Source: a bacterium (GTDB lineage: Bacteria > UBA8248). Taken from it: a DNA stretch of 64,000 nucleotides. Positions 19,889 through 28,388 of this stretch are shown here, piece by piece; positions within the stretch are counted from its first letter, which is position 1; every line of letters begins with the position of its first letter. The translations under genes and the position numbers were made by a program. The notes beneath the pieces were generated by a model, which did not search any database, had not been told where the DNA came from, and saw only the letters and a list, made by a program, of their open reading frames with translations. The stretch is taken from NCBI GenBank assembly GCA_965219955.1, contig OZ244799.1:3936001-4000000 (forward strand), written 5' to 3'.

Positions 19889-20088
19889 GCGGCGCGCGGA
19901 CCCTGCGATGGAGTCGACCGGCCAGGCGCCCTCGTGGCACCCGGGAGTGTCCACTTACCGCTGCTTCCTTCCGGACCTGACGGGGTTCGCGGGCTCCCGC
20001 CGCACGAGACCCAACCGGCCGAATCCATCGCAGGCTCTTGGGGAAATCCTACCCCGTCCCCCGGCCTTTGGGAAGCGGGCGCGCCGGC
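19889..20088 (-). ncRNA. ffs: signal recognition particle RNA
   Basis: GTCAGGTCCGGAAGGAAGCAGC domain IV; long closing helix; upstream of dnaX; ends approximate. Confidence 0.9.
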
Positions 20089-20255
20089 ATTTCGGCGACG
20101 GCGAACCACGCGGCGGATAACCGGCCATATAACATGGCGTTAGGGGGAGTCCTGCTTGAGCAGACGACGCCCGAGGGGAAATGACGCGCCAAGCCGGGAA
20201 CACCGTCATTCGCCGGAATGACGATCGAAAACCCGGCCGTAACCAGGGGATTCCC

Positions 20256-20556
20256 CGTAAGGGCGGTTCGCGAGCCGCCCCTACGGGATTGTTGAAAAAG
20301 CTCTGATTCAGTCGGGGTTGTGGTTGTAGTAGGGACAACCCTTTGGGGTTGTCCTGCCCTCCGTGGTTGTCCTTTTTGCAAGATGATTACAATCAGGACA
20401 GGCACGGAGGCCTGTCCCTACGGGATCATCACGTCACCGACCGGAAGAATATATAGACTTTTACAGGGGGTAGGGGGCATTCCTTTGAGAAAGACTTTTT
20501 CAACGACCCCTTTCAACAAGGGGTTCCCCGTAGGGGCGGTTCGCGAACCGCCCCTA
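20256..20556. repeat. REP-like hairpins flanking and inside a pair of MITE-like ends
   Basis: GTA(A/G)GGGCGGTTCGCGA(G/A)CCGCCCCTAC at 20256-20284 and 20530-20556; TGTTGAAAAAG at ~20290 and CTTTTTCAAC at ~20495; internal doublet 20329-20421. Confidence 0.75.
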
Positions 20557-20727
20557 CAAAACCCTAAACCCCACCCACATCGCTCGAAATTCCTCTCGCA
20601 CAGGCCGACAGGCATCGCCAATCCACGCGCAATGGGGTTAGAATGCGCCGTTCCAGCATCTGACTACGTGAAGCCCTCTCGGTGCGCGTACTTGATTCGC
20701 ACCGAATAAGGAAAGGCCGCCGGACGC

Positions 20728-21588
20728 ATGTCGTATTCCAAAGTCGTCGAACTCGCGGAGGGAAAGGTTTACGCCCTCCACAACACGTTCCCGCTGGACG
20801 GGCGCATCAGCGCATACCCCATCAGCGCGCGCGGGCACAGCGTCTCGAACTGCTATCTGCTGAAAGAAGACGAGGGCGCGCTCCTGCTCGATACGGGCTA
20901 TGTCGTTCACGAATCCGAAATCCTGTCGCAGATGGAATCCCTCATCGAGCCCGATACGCCCCTGCACCTGCTTCCCCTGCGCATCAACGAGTTCATGTCG
21001 GTGGGCAACGCCATGGCGATCGCCAAACGCTTCAACGTGGTGGAGTGCCTCGCCCCGGTGCCGGAGATCAACGAGTGGCTCGAGTTCGAAGCGCTCGAAC
21101 CCGGCGGAAGCAACGGCAACCCCGTCCTTCCCACCACGATACTGAAGCCGCTTCATCCCATCGAAATCGGCGATAGATACATCGAGGTGATGAACGCGCC
21201 GATCCGCCTCATCAGCACCCGCTGGATTTACGATGCGGCCACGCGCACCCTGTTCACCTCGGACATGTTCAGCCACCTTTGGGCGGAGGGGGCGGAAGGC
21301 CCCTGGCTGCTGGATGAAGACGGGGTGACGACGACTTCCTTCGTTCGCTCGTTCCTGCTGAACACGCGCTACTGGTGGCTCGAGGGCGCGAGGACGGATT
21401 CCATCCGCAAAGGAATCACGGAAGTCTTCGAGCGCTACGAGATCGAGACCATCGCTCCGGGCTATGGCGCGGTGCTGCGCGGACGCCATCTGGTGGAGCG
21501 GCAATTTGCCGTGCTAGATGAGGTTCTGGCGGGTCTCGACCGGGGCGTCGTCAAGCCGAACTACGTCGCGCTCGGTTTAGAGAGATAA
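20728..21588 (+). CDS. metallo-beta-lactamase-fold protein (FprA/ODP-like) with a degenerate metal motif
   Basis: NCYLL...LLDTG, LFTSDMF and IAPGYG; lacks the HxExxH motif. Confidence 0.7.
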   Translation: MSYSKVVELAEGKVYALHNTFPLDGRISAYPISARGHSVSNCYLLKEDEGALLLDTGYVVHESEILSQMESLIEPDTPLHLLPLRINEFMSVGNAMAIAKRFNVVECLAPVPEINEWLEFEALEPGGSNGNPVLPTTILKPLHPIEIGDRYIEVMNAPIRLISTRWIYDAATRTLFTSDMFSHLWAEGAEGPWLLDEDGVTTTSFVRSFLLNTRYWWLEGARTDSIRKGITEVFERYEIETIAPGYGAVLRGRHLVERQFAVLDEVLAGLDRGVVKPNYVALGLER

Positions 21589-21594
21589 CAGCGC

Positions 21595-22356
21595 ATGAGC
21601 CATCCCCTGCCTCGAGAAGTCTCGCCCGGCGTCTTCTGGCTCGGCGACTGCCTCGTGCAGCACTCGCAGGGCAAAATCTATCACTCCTACAACGCGGCCT
21701 TCCTCGTCATCGGCTCAGAAGCCTCCATGCTGATAGAAACGGGACACCCCAAGGATTTCCCCATCATCGAGCGCCAGATGAAGGACATTCTGTCCCGCGG
21801 CGGAGGGCCGCTCAAGCACCTGTTCCTGACCCATCAGGAGACCCCCCACTCGGGAGGTCTGGGCCGCGTGCTCGACAGGTACCCCGACCTCACCATCCAC
21901 GGAGACATGTGCGACTACCATCTCGCGTTTCCCCAGCACGAAGGCCGCTTCAAGGAGATGCGGGTGGGAGACGCCATCGACCTGGGCGATACGAAGTTCA
22001 TGGCCGTGGAGCCGGTGATCCGGGACTTGAGGAGTTCGCTCTGGGGGTTCGAGACCAAAGGGCGCGTGCTGTTTCCCGGAGACGGCTTCGCCTACAGCCA
22101 CTACCATACGGACGGTCATTGCGGGATGTTCGCCGAAGAGGCCACGTCTCTCGATCTGGTCGACGTGCTGGGCGTATTCGCCGAGCGCGCCCTGTACTGG
22201 ACCACCTTCACCGACATGAACGTCTACGCCGACAAGCTCGAAGAGTTGATGGATGAACTAGACGTCGAAATCGTCGCGCCGACGCACGGCCTGCCGATAC
22301 GGGACATCGCGCAAACGATGCCGAAAGTCCGGGAGGGCCTTGTCCGGGGCGACTGA
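21595..22356 (+). CDS. metallo-beta-lactamase-fold protein (FprA/ODP-like di-iron domain)
   Basis: LIETG, THQETPHSG, LFPGDGF and VAPTHG. Confidence 0.8.
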   Translation: MSHPLPREVSPGVFWLGDCLVQHSQGKIYHSYNAAFLVIGSEASMLIETGHPKDFPIIERQMKDILSRGGGPLKHLFLTHQETPHSGGLGRVLDRYPDLTIHGDMCDYHLAFPQHEGRFKEMRVGDAIDLGDTKFMAVEPVIRDLRSSLWGFETKGRVLFPGDGFAYSHYHTDGHCGMFAEEATSLDLVDVLGVFAERALYWTTFTDMNVYADKLEELMDELDVEIVAPTHGLPIRDIAQTMPKVREGLVRGD

Positions 22357-22422
22357 GGCGCTATCCCCGGGAGAGAAGAATTCCAACCGGTGAACGGGGA
22401 ATGGCAGGGACAGGGCCTCCTC

Positions 22423-22769
22423 GGGGTTGTTGAAAAAGCCCTGATTCCGTGATTCAGAGTAAGTAGCCGACCGAAGAGGGAAGAAACGTCACGATCCCCT
22501 TGTAGAGCACCCAACAACCACTCCCCCCTTGAGGGTCTGGCTTCCCGAGGGGAAAGCCAGACGATGAAGCCGAGCGGTTTGTGCGAAGGCTGAATCGGTG
22601 GGGGGTAAAATACGTTTTATCGCCATTCCGAATTATACCCCCCATCGAATCGCTTTCGGGCTTACGCCCTTAGCTCTTCGACTCCCCCTCAAGGGGGGAG
22701 TGATTTTTCTCTCTCGTCGGTCGGTTACATATAACAAATCCAGAGTTCCGGGGCTTTTTCAACAACCCC
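22423..22769. mobile_element. MITE-like composite enclosing the 185-bp palindromic element (22519-22703)
   Basis: GGGGTTGTTGAAAAAGCCC ... GGGCTTTTTCAACAACCCC form perfect 19-bp inverted ends. Confidence 0.75.
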
Positions 22770-22787
22770 GCCCTGGCCAGGCTTGAC

Positions 22788-23186
22788 TTAAACGTCCTCC
22801 ACCAGCTCCCAGAGCGTACCCATCGTGCTCTTGGGCTTGATGAAGGCGATGAGGTGCCCGCCGAAGCCGGGTCTTGATTTCTCATCAATCAACTCGAAGC
22901 CCTGCGCCTTCATCTCGGCCAGCACGCCGTCGATGTTCTTCACGTCGAAGGCGACGTGGTGGAGGCCCTCGCCGCGCTCCTCGATGAACTTGGCGAGAGG
23001 CGAATCCTGTTTGATGGGCGAGATGGGCTCGATGAGGTCGCCGCCCAGGTCCAGCATGGCCAGATCGGTCGCGCCGTCTGCGGAGGTCTCCCGCGCGAGC
23101 AGCTTCGCGCCCATGCCCTCGTACAAAGCGATGGCGGCGTCCATGTCCTTCACCGCGACGCCGATGTGATGAAATTTGTTGAACAT
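22788..23186 (-). CDS. mce: methylmalonyl-CoA epimerase (VOC family)
   Basis: HHIGVAV, GEGLHHVAF and AFIKPKSTMGTLWELVE. Confidence 0.75.
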   Translation of the reverse strand: MFNKFHHIGVAVKDMDAAIALYEGMGAKLLARETSADGATDLAMLDLGGDLIEPISPIKQDSPLAKFIEERGEGLHHVAFDVKNIDGVLAEMKAQGFELIDEKSRPGFGGHLIAFIKPKSTMGTLWELVEDV

Positions 23187-23381
23187 ATCCGTATTTCCTC
23201 CTTGTCAGGCGCGGCGAGGGATAATATCCGCCCCGCCGCATCGTTGTTTCGAAGATGTTTAGCAGGCTTGGGGGGATTCCACAATCGAACCTGCCCGGGA
23301 AACTATACTCGGCGCGGCGTTTGTCGTATCCTGCGCGCATCAACGAAATTATGCGAACCACACATTCATGAGGAGATATCC

Positions 23382-23942
23382 ATGACAGGTCCTGTTGATG
23401 GACACAGCACCTCCACCGTGCCGGGCGAGCGCGTCATCGACAAGCCCGAACTCCCCAAAGGGGGGCTGTATACCGACAACACCGTCCACACCGAGATGCA
23501 CGAGGGCTCCCTGCAGCTCAAGCGCGGCACGGCGGGAGATTTCGAGATTTTCTGCGACGAGGGCGCGCACATCGGCGGCACGGCGCAATACCCCACGCCG
23601 ATGGCCTATCTCGCCATGGCGACGGGGTTCTGACTGCTCACCCAGGTGTCGCGGTACGCGCACATGATGAAAATGGATATCAAGGGGGCGAGCGTTTCGG
23701 TGCGGTTCCGGAAACTGCTGGGCGGCTCGGTGCTCAAGGGCACCGTGTTCAACAAGTGGGAGGCCGTGGACACGCATCTCAAAGTCGAATCGGACGAGCC
23801 CGCGGACAGACTAGCCCACCTCATCAAGAACGCCAAGAACGGCTGCTTCGCCGAAGCCCTGATCACCGAGCCGGTGCCGCTCCACTCCACCGTGGAGGTG
23901 AACGGCGAACCCTTCGAGATAGAGGGCGTGACGGCGGATTAA
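23382..23942 (+). CDS. OsmC-like protein, predicted selenoprotein (Sec84 at TGA 23631-23633)
   Basis: RBS GAGGAG; DEG...GG...PTPMAYLAMATGF-U-LLTQ continues in frame to NGCFAE (second OsmC Cys); SECIS-like hairpin follows the TGA. Confidence 0.85.
23643..23666 (+). promoter_or_regulatory. bacterial SECIS-like stem-loop
   Basis: GUG-(U bulge)-CGCG-GUA-CGCG-CAC, 12 nt after the UGA. Confidence 0.7.
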
Positions 23943-23964
23943 CCCCCATACCTGGAGTTTTTAC

Positions 23965-24414
23965 ATGGAATACTTCCACGCATCTGAAGACATCGCCTTC
24001 GGCTCGCAGCCCGAGCCTGCGGATCTGGAATCCCTCGCCGCAAGAGGCGTCAGGACCATCATCAACACGCGCTTTCCCGAGGAAGACCAGGGCGATCTGC
24101 CGCCCGAGCGCGCAAAGGCGGAGGCCGAGGCACTGGGGATGCGCTACGTGAACGTCCCCGTCTCGCCCGCCGAGTTCAGCCCCGCCTCGCTGGCCGAGGT
24201 GAGCCGCGCTCTCTCTGAAGCCAGGGCCCACGGCCCGACGTTCGTCCACTGAAAAGCCACGGGGCGGGCCGGGATTTGCTCGCTGAACCATCTGGCTGAT
24301 GAGAACGAGTGGACGGCGCGGGAGATGGAGGGAGCCGCCGACGCCACCGGATTCGACTGGCGCGCCGCGCCGCTCGCGCCCAAGTACCGCGAGTTCTTCG
24401 CAAGGAGACCCTGA
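23965..24414 (+). CDS. DUF442/TIGR01244-type (PTP-fold) sulfurtransferase/phosphatase-like protein, predicted selenoprotein (Sec96 at TGA 24250-24252)
   Basis: GSQP, GVRTIINTRFPEE and GMRYVNVPV, then PTFVH-U-KATGRAG, in frame for 53 more codons (..ATGFDW..). Confidence 0.8.
24263..24284 (+). promoter_or_regulatory. bacterial SECIS-like stem-loop
   Basis: GGCGGGC-CGGGAUUU-GCUCGCU, 10 nt after the UGA, with G residues in the apical loop. Confidence 0.55.
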
Positions 24415-24436
24415 GCAGGCGCAACGGGGGCGCCGC

Positions 24437-25495
24437 TCAGGAAACCGTCATTCGCGTCTCGGTATTTTCTTGTTCCTCCAATGGAAAATGGCAGGCGGTT
24501 TCGATTCCGCCGGGATGAGGAGTCAGTCCGGGCATTTCCTGTCGACACATCTCCTCTCTGCGGGGACAGCGGGAATAAAACCGGCAAACATGCGAGGAAG
24601 GATCGATGGGACTCATCGGCTCGCCGGTCAATCGCACCCGCTCGGTGCGCTCGGTCGTGTTGATGGCGGGTATGGCGGAGAGGAGCGCCCGGGTGTAGGG
24701 ATGGCGCGGGCGGCGCAGGATTTCCCGGGTAGGGCCGGACTCCACGATTTTGCCGAGATACATCACCAGCACCCTTTGGCAGAGCAGCCGGACGACGTTC
24801 AGGTCATGGGAGACGAACAGGTAGCTCATCCCGAGGCGGTTTTTCAGATCTTCGAGAAGATGCAGGATGACCGCCTGAACCGAAACGTCCAGGGCCGAGG
24901 TGGGCTCATCCAGAATGAGGAGCGAGGGCTCGAGCGCTATCGCTCGTGCGATACCGACCCTCGCCTTCTGGCCGCCTGAGAGTTGGTGCGGATAACGGGT
25001 CAGAAATTCGGGGGCGAGGCCCACGAGGTTGCACAGTTCCTCCACGCGCTTTCTGAGCTGAGGGCCGCTGCGCATTCCCCCCAGGCGCAAGAGCGGATCG
25101 GCAACCACCCGATAAGTGGTGAATCCGGGATTCAGGCTCTCCGTGGGGTCCTGGAACACCATCTGGATTTTCCGGCGCTTCTCGCCCTGGATGAAGCGGC
25201 TCGCCGGAATCCCCCCGATGTTCCTGCCCTCGAAGGCGATGGCGCCTGACGTCGGGTCCTGCAGACGGGCGATCAAACGGGCCAGCGTGGACTTCCCGCA
25301 GCCGGACTCGCCCACGAGGCCGACGCTCTCTCCCGCTTCGATCGTGAAAGTCACGCCGTCCACGGCGTGAAGATACCCCGCTTCGTCTCGTTCTTCGGCC
25401 CCCATGCCCCGCAGCGAATTCCAGACCCTTCCAAGCGCCCCGCTTCTGCGGATCGGGAACTTCTTCAGGAGGTCGACGGTTTGGAGCAATGCCAT
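24437..25495 (-). CDS. peptide/nickel-type ABC transporter ATP-binding subunit
   Basis: GESGCGKST, LSGGQ, DEPTSALD and Cys-rich C-terminus. Confidence 0.93.
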   Translation of the reverse strand: MALLQTVDLLKKFPIRRSGALGRVWNSLRGMGAEERDEAGYLHAVDGVTFTIEAGESVGLVGESGCGKSTLARLIARLQDPTSGAIAFEGRNIGGIPASRFIQGEKRRKIQMVFQDPTESLNPGFTTYRVVADPLLRLGGMRSGPQLRKRVEELCNLVGLAPEFLTRYPHQLSGGQKARVGIARAIALEPSLLILDEPTSALDVSVQAVILHLLEDLKNRLGMSYLFVSHDLNVVRLLCQRVLVMYLGKIVESGPTREILRRPRHPYTRALLSAIPAINTTERTERVRLTGEPMSPIDPSSHVCRFYSRCPRREEMCRQEMPGLTPHPGGIETACHFPLEEQENTETRMTVS

Positions 25496-26466
25496 CAGAG
25501 AGGGTACCGGCAGGCGACGAGATGGCCCGCTTCGGTCTCCAGACGGGGAAGCGGCGGTTCGAGGCAATCCTCTTTGAGGTGTTCGCACCGCTCACTGTAG
25601 CGGCAAGCCGGGAGTTGCGCGCGCAGATCCGGCAGGTTGCCGGGAATCGAAGAAAGCTCGGCGAGGTCTCTGCTCGCATTCGGCGTGGCGCCGATGAGTT
25701 TCGCCGTGTAGGGATGCCGCGGACGCATGAACAGGTGTTCGGTATCGGCCACTTCGACCACGTGTCCCGAGTGCATGACGATTATCCTGTCGCAGTATTC
25801 CGAGGCGAGGCCGAGGTCGTGGGTGATGAGGATCGTTCCCATGTTTCTCTCACGCGCCGCGTCCTTGATGAGGTCCATGATCACGGCCTGAGTCGTGACG
25901 TCCAGACCCGTTACGGGTTCGTCCGCTATCAGGAGCCAGGGGTTGGAGGAGATGGCGACTGCAATCATTACGCGCTGGCACATGCCGCCGGAGAGTTCGA
26001 ACGGATAGGCGCGATAGCGCTTCTCGGGATCCGGGATATGGACCTGGTTGAGCAGATCGAGTGCTCGCTCGCGAATCTGCCGGCCACGGAAGCTGCTGTG
26101 GCGATAGATGACGTCCTCGAGTTGTCTGCCGATGGTCCGGATGGGGTTCAGCGCCGTTCTCGGGCTCTGGAAGATCATAGCGAGCTCACGTCCCCGCATT
26201 TCCTGCAGTTCTTGCCCGGACTTTTCGAGCAGAGAGATGCCCCCGAAAACAATCCGGCCCGAGGTGATTTTCGCCGCCGGATCGGAAATCCCCATGATGG
26301 CGTAAGACATCACGGATTTTCCCGAGCCACTCTCGCCGACGACGCCGACAGTCTGCCCTTTTTCGATCTCGAAACTTACGTTCTCGAGCGCCTTGACGAC
26401 GCCGGTTCGGGTGCGGAATTCGAGCGAGAGATCATCGACGGCGAGAAGAGGGTTCCGGGATTCCAT
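25495..26466 (-). CDS. peptide/nickel-type ABC transporter ATP-binding subunit
   Basis: GESGSGKS, LSGGM, ADEP and HPYT; start MESRNP. Confidence 0.93.
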   Translation of the reverse strand: MESRNPLLAVDDLSLEFRTRTGVVKALENVSFEIEKGQTVGVVGESGSGKSVMSYAIMGISDPAAKITSGRIVFGGISLLEKSGQELQEMRGRELAMIFQSPRTALNPIRTIGRQLEDVIYRHSSFRGRQIRERALDLLNQVHIPDPEKRYRAYPFELSGGMCQRVMIAVAISSNPWLLIADEPVTGLDVTTQAVIMDLIKDAARERNMGTILITHDLGLASEYCDRIIVMHSGHVVEVADTEHLFMRPRHPYTAKLIGATPNASRDLAELSSIPGNLPDLRAQLPACRYSERCEHLKEDCLEPPLPRLETEAGHLVACRYPL

Positions 26467-27311
26467 CACGTCCTCATTCTCGGGTCGATCAGATCGCGGA
26501 GGCCGTCGCCCAGGAGGTTGAAGCACAGCACGGCGAGCATCAGGGCGGCTCCGGGAAAGATGGCCAGCCACCACTCGCCCGAGACGATGAACTTGGCTCC
26601 CTCGGCCACCATGATCCCCCATTCGGGAGTCGGGGGCCGGACGCCCAGGCCGATGAAGGAGAGTCCCGCCGCGTTCAATATGGCGTAACCCATGTTCAGC
26701 GATATCTGAACCATCATCGGCGGCATGATGTTGGGTCCCAGATGAAAAAGAAGAATCCGCCCGTGTCCATTTCCCGAAAGGCGCGCCGCCTCCACGAACC
26801 CTGCTTCGCGGCGTGAATTCGCCTCGGCCCGCGCCACGCGGGCGTAGAAGGGAAAGTTGATGACGGCCGTGGTGTAGACGATGTTCTCTATCGTATTGCC
26901 CAGGGCCGATACGATGCCCATCGCCAGCACGAAAAGGGGAAACGCCATGATGGTGTCGGTGAGACGACCGATGAGCTTGTCCGTCGCGCCCCCAAAGTAG
27001 CCTGCGCAAACGCCGGCGACGCTCCCCGCGACGAAGGAGAGCGAAACGGCCGCCACGGATATCGCGAGGTCGAGCCGCGTGGCCGTGATCACGCGGCTGA
27101 AAACGTCTCGCCCCAGATTGTCGGTGCCGAACGGGTGCGCCCAAGAAGGCGGCCTGAGAGCGTTGGCCGTGTCGCTGGCGAGGGGGTCGTAGGGCGCGAG
27201 CCAGGGGCCGAACAAACCGAGAGCCATCAACAAGAAGAAAAGAACGAATGAAAAACACGTGACGGGATTCTCCCCCATCACATAGCGCAGGTGCCGGAGA
27301 TGGGCGCTCAC
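26466..27311 (-). CDS. peptide/nickel-type ABC transporter permease (DppC-like)
   Basis: HPFGTDNLGRD, FVEAARLSG and PTPEWG; GTG start assumed. Confidence 0.92.
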   Translation of the reverse strand: MSAHLRHLRYVMGENPVTCFSFVLFFLLMALGLFGPWLAPYDPLASDTANALRPPSWAHPFGTDNLGRDVFSRVITATRLDLAISVAAVSLSFVAGSVAGVCAGYFGGATDKLIGRLTDTIMAFPLFVLAMGIVSALGNTIENIVYTTAVINFPFYARVARAEANSRREAGFVEAARLSGNGHGRILLFHLGPNIMPPMMVQISLNMGYAILNAAGLSFIGLGVRPPTPEWGIMVAEGAKFIVSGEWWLAIFPGAALMLAVLCFNLLGDGLRDLIDPRMRT

Positions 27312-27313
27312 GT

Positions 27314-28342
27314 TCAGCCTTCCAGCCCGATACGCGGGTCGACCACCGTATAGAGGATGTCGATCGCCAGGTTCAGGAGCACGTACATCAACGCCATGGC
27401 CAGCACGAAGCCCTGCACCGCGGCGTAGTCCGAGGCGATGAGGGCCTCGATGGCGAACGAGCCGATGCCCGGCCAGGCGAAGACCTTCTCCACCAGAACG
27501 TTCGCCCCCAGCAGGAAAGAGAACACCATGCCGAGCGTGGTGAGAACGGGGAGAATGGCGTTTTGAAAAGCATAGACCCACAGCACCGTCTTGCGCGATA
27601 AGCCGCTCGCCCGCGCCGTGCGAACGAAGTCGCTCGAGAGAACCCCCAGCATCGCGGCTCTCGTCATCCGCGCGAGCGGGGCCAGGGCGAAAATGCCCAA
27701 TGTCGAGGCGGGGAGAACCATCTGGGAAAATGATGCGCGAAAGACCTCCAAATCACCCGCGACGAGACTGTCGATCAGGTAGAAACCCGTGACGTGATCA
27801 GGAGCGATGTGGATGATGCTCAAGCGTCCGAGGGGAGCGGGCGAGAGCCCCAGCAGAAAATAGAAGATATAGACGAGGAACAACCCGGTGAAGAAGGTAG
27901 GCAGTGAAACTCCGATGGTCACGACGAGACGGCAGAGGTGATCGACGAGTGAGTTGGGCCGCGTGGCCGCCAGTATGCCCAGAGGGATGGCGATGGCGAC
28001 GGCGAGAAACAGGCCCATGAGCGTGAGCTCGAGCGAAGCCGGAAGGCGGGTGGCGAGTTCTTCCATGACGGGCTGGCCCGTACTGATGGATTTGCCCAAG
28101 TCTCCGCGTGAGAGATTCTGAAGGTAGACCCAGAACTGCTCGGGCCAGCTCTTGTCGAGTCCCAGCGAGGCGCGTATCTCGGCGATGGATTTCTCATCCG
28201 CCGCAGGCCCGGCGAAGAATACCGCCGGGTCGCCCGGCAGGGCCCGCGTCAGAATGAACGTCACCACGATAATGCCCATCACGACCGGCGCCGCCTGCAG
28301 GAGGCGCCGGCCGATCAGGAACAGGGAATCGCCTTTCATCAC
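27314..28342 (-). CDS. peptide/nickel-type ABC transporter permease (DppB-like)
   Basis: LPGDPA, FVRTARASGL and VEKVFAWPGIG. Confidence 0.93.
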   Translation of the reverse strand: MMKGDSLFLIGRRLLQAAPVVMGIIVVTFILTRALPGDPAVFFAGPAADEKSIAEIRASLGLDKSWPEQFWVYLQNLSRGDLGKSISTGQPVMEELATRLPASLELTLMGLFLAVAIAIPLGILAATRPNSLVDHLCRLVVTIGVSLPTFFTGLFLVYIFYFLLGLSPAPLGRLSIIHIAPDHVTGFYLIDSLVAGDLEVFRASFSQMVLPASTLGIFALAPLARMTRAAMLGVLSSDFVRTARASGLSRKTVLWVYAFQNAILPVLTTLGMVFSFLLGANVLVEKVFAWPGIGSFAIEALIASDYAAVQGFVLAMALMYVLLNLAIDILYTVVDPRIGLEG

Positions 28343-28388
28343 ATCGTCCCCCCCTTCAAAGGACGCGCTGCATTGCTGCGAACCGGCT

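Noticed and set aside
19837-20109. 91-aa N-terminal extension of DnaX
   Set aside because: It runs through the SRP RNA; the conserved DnaX start is at 19836.
2388-22769. CRISPR array
   Set aside because: The repeats are dispersed palindromes without regular repeat-spacer periodicity, and there are no cas genes.
22956-24252. Treating ORFs 22956-23633, 23646-23942 and 23965-24252 as separate small genes or pseudogenes
   Set aside because: Each break is a single in-frame TGA at the catalytic Cys followed by a SECIS-like hairpin, so read-through explains them better. The 22956 start also overlaps mce on the opposite strand.
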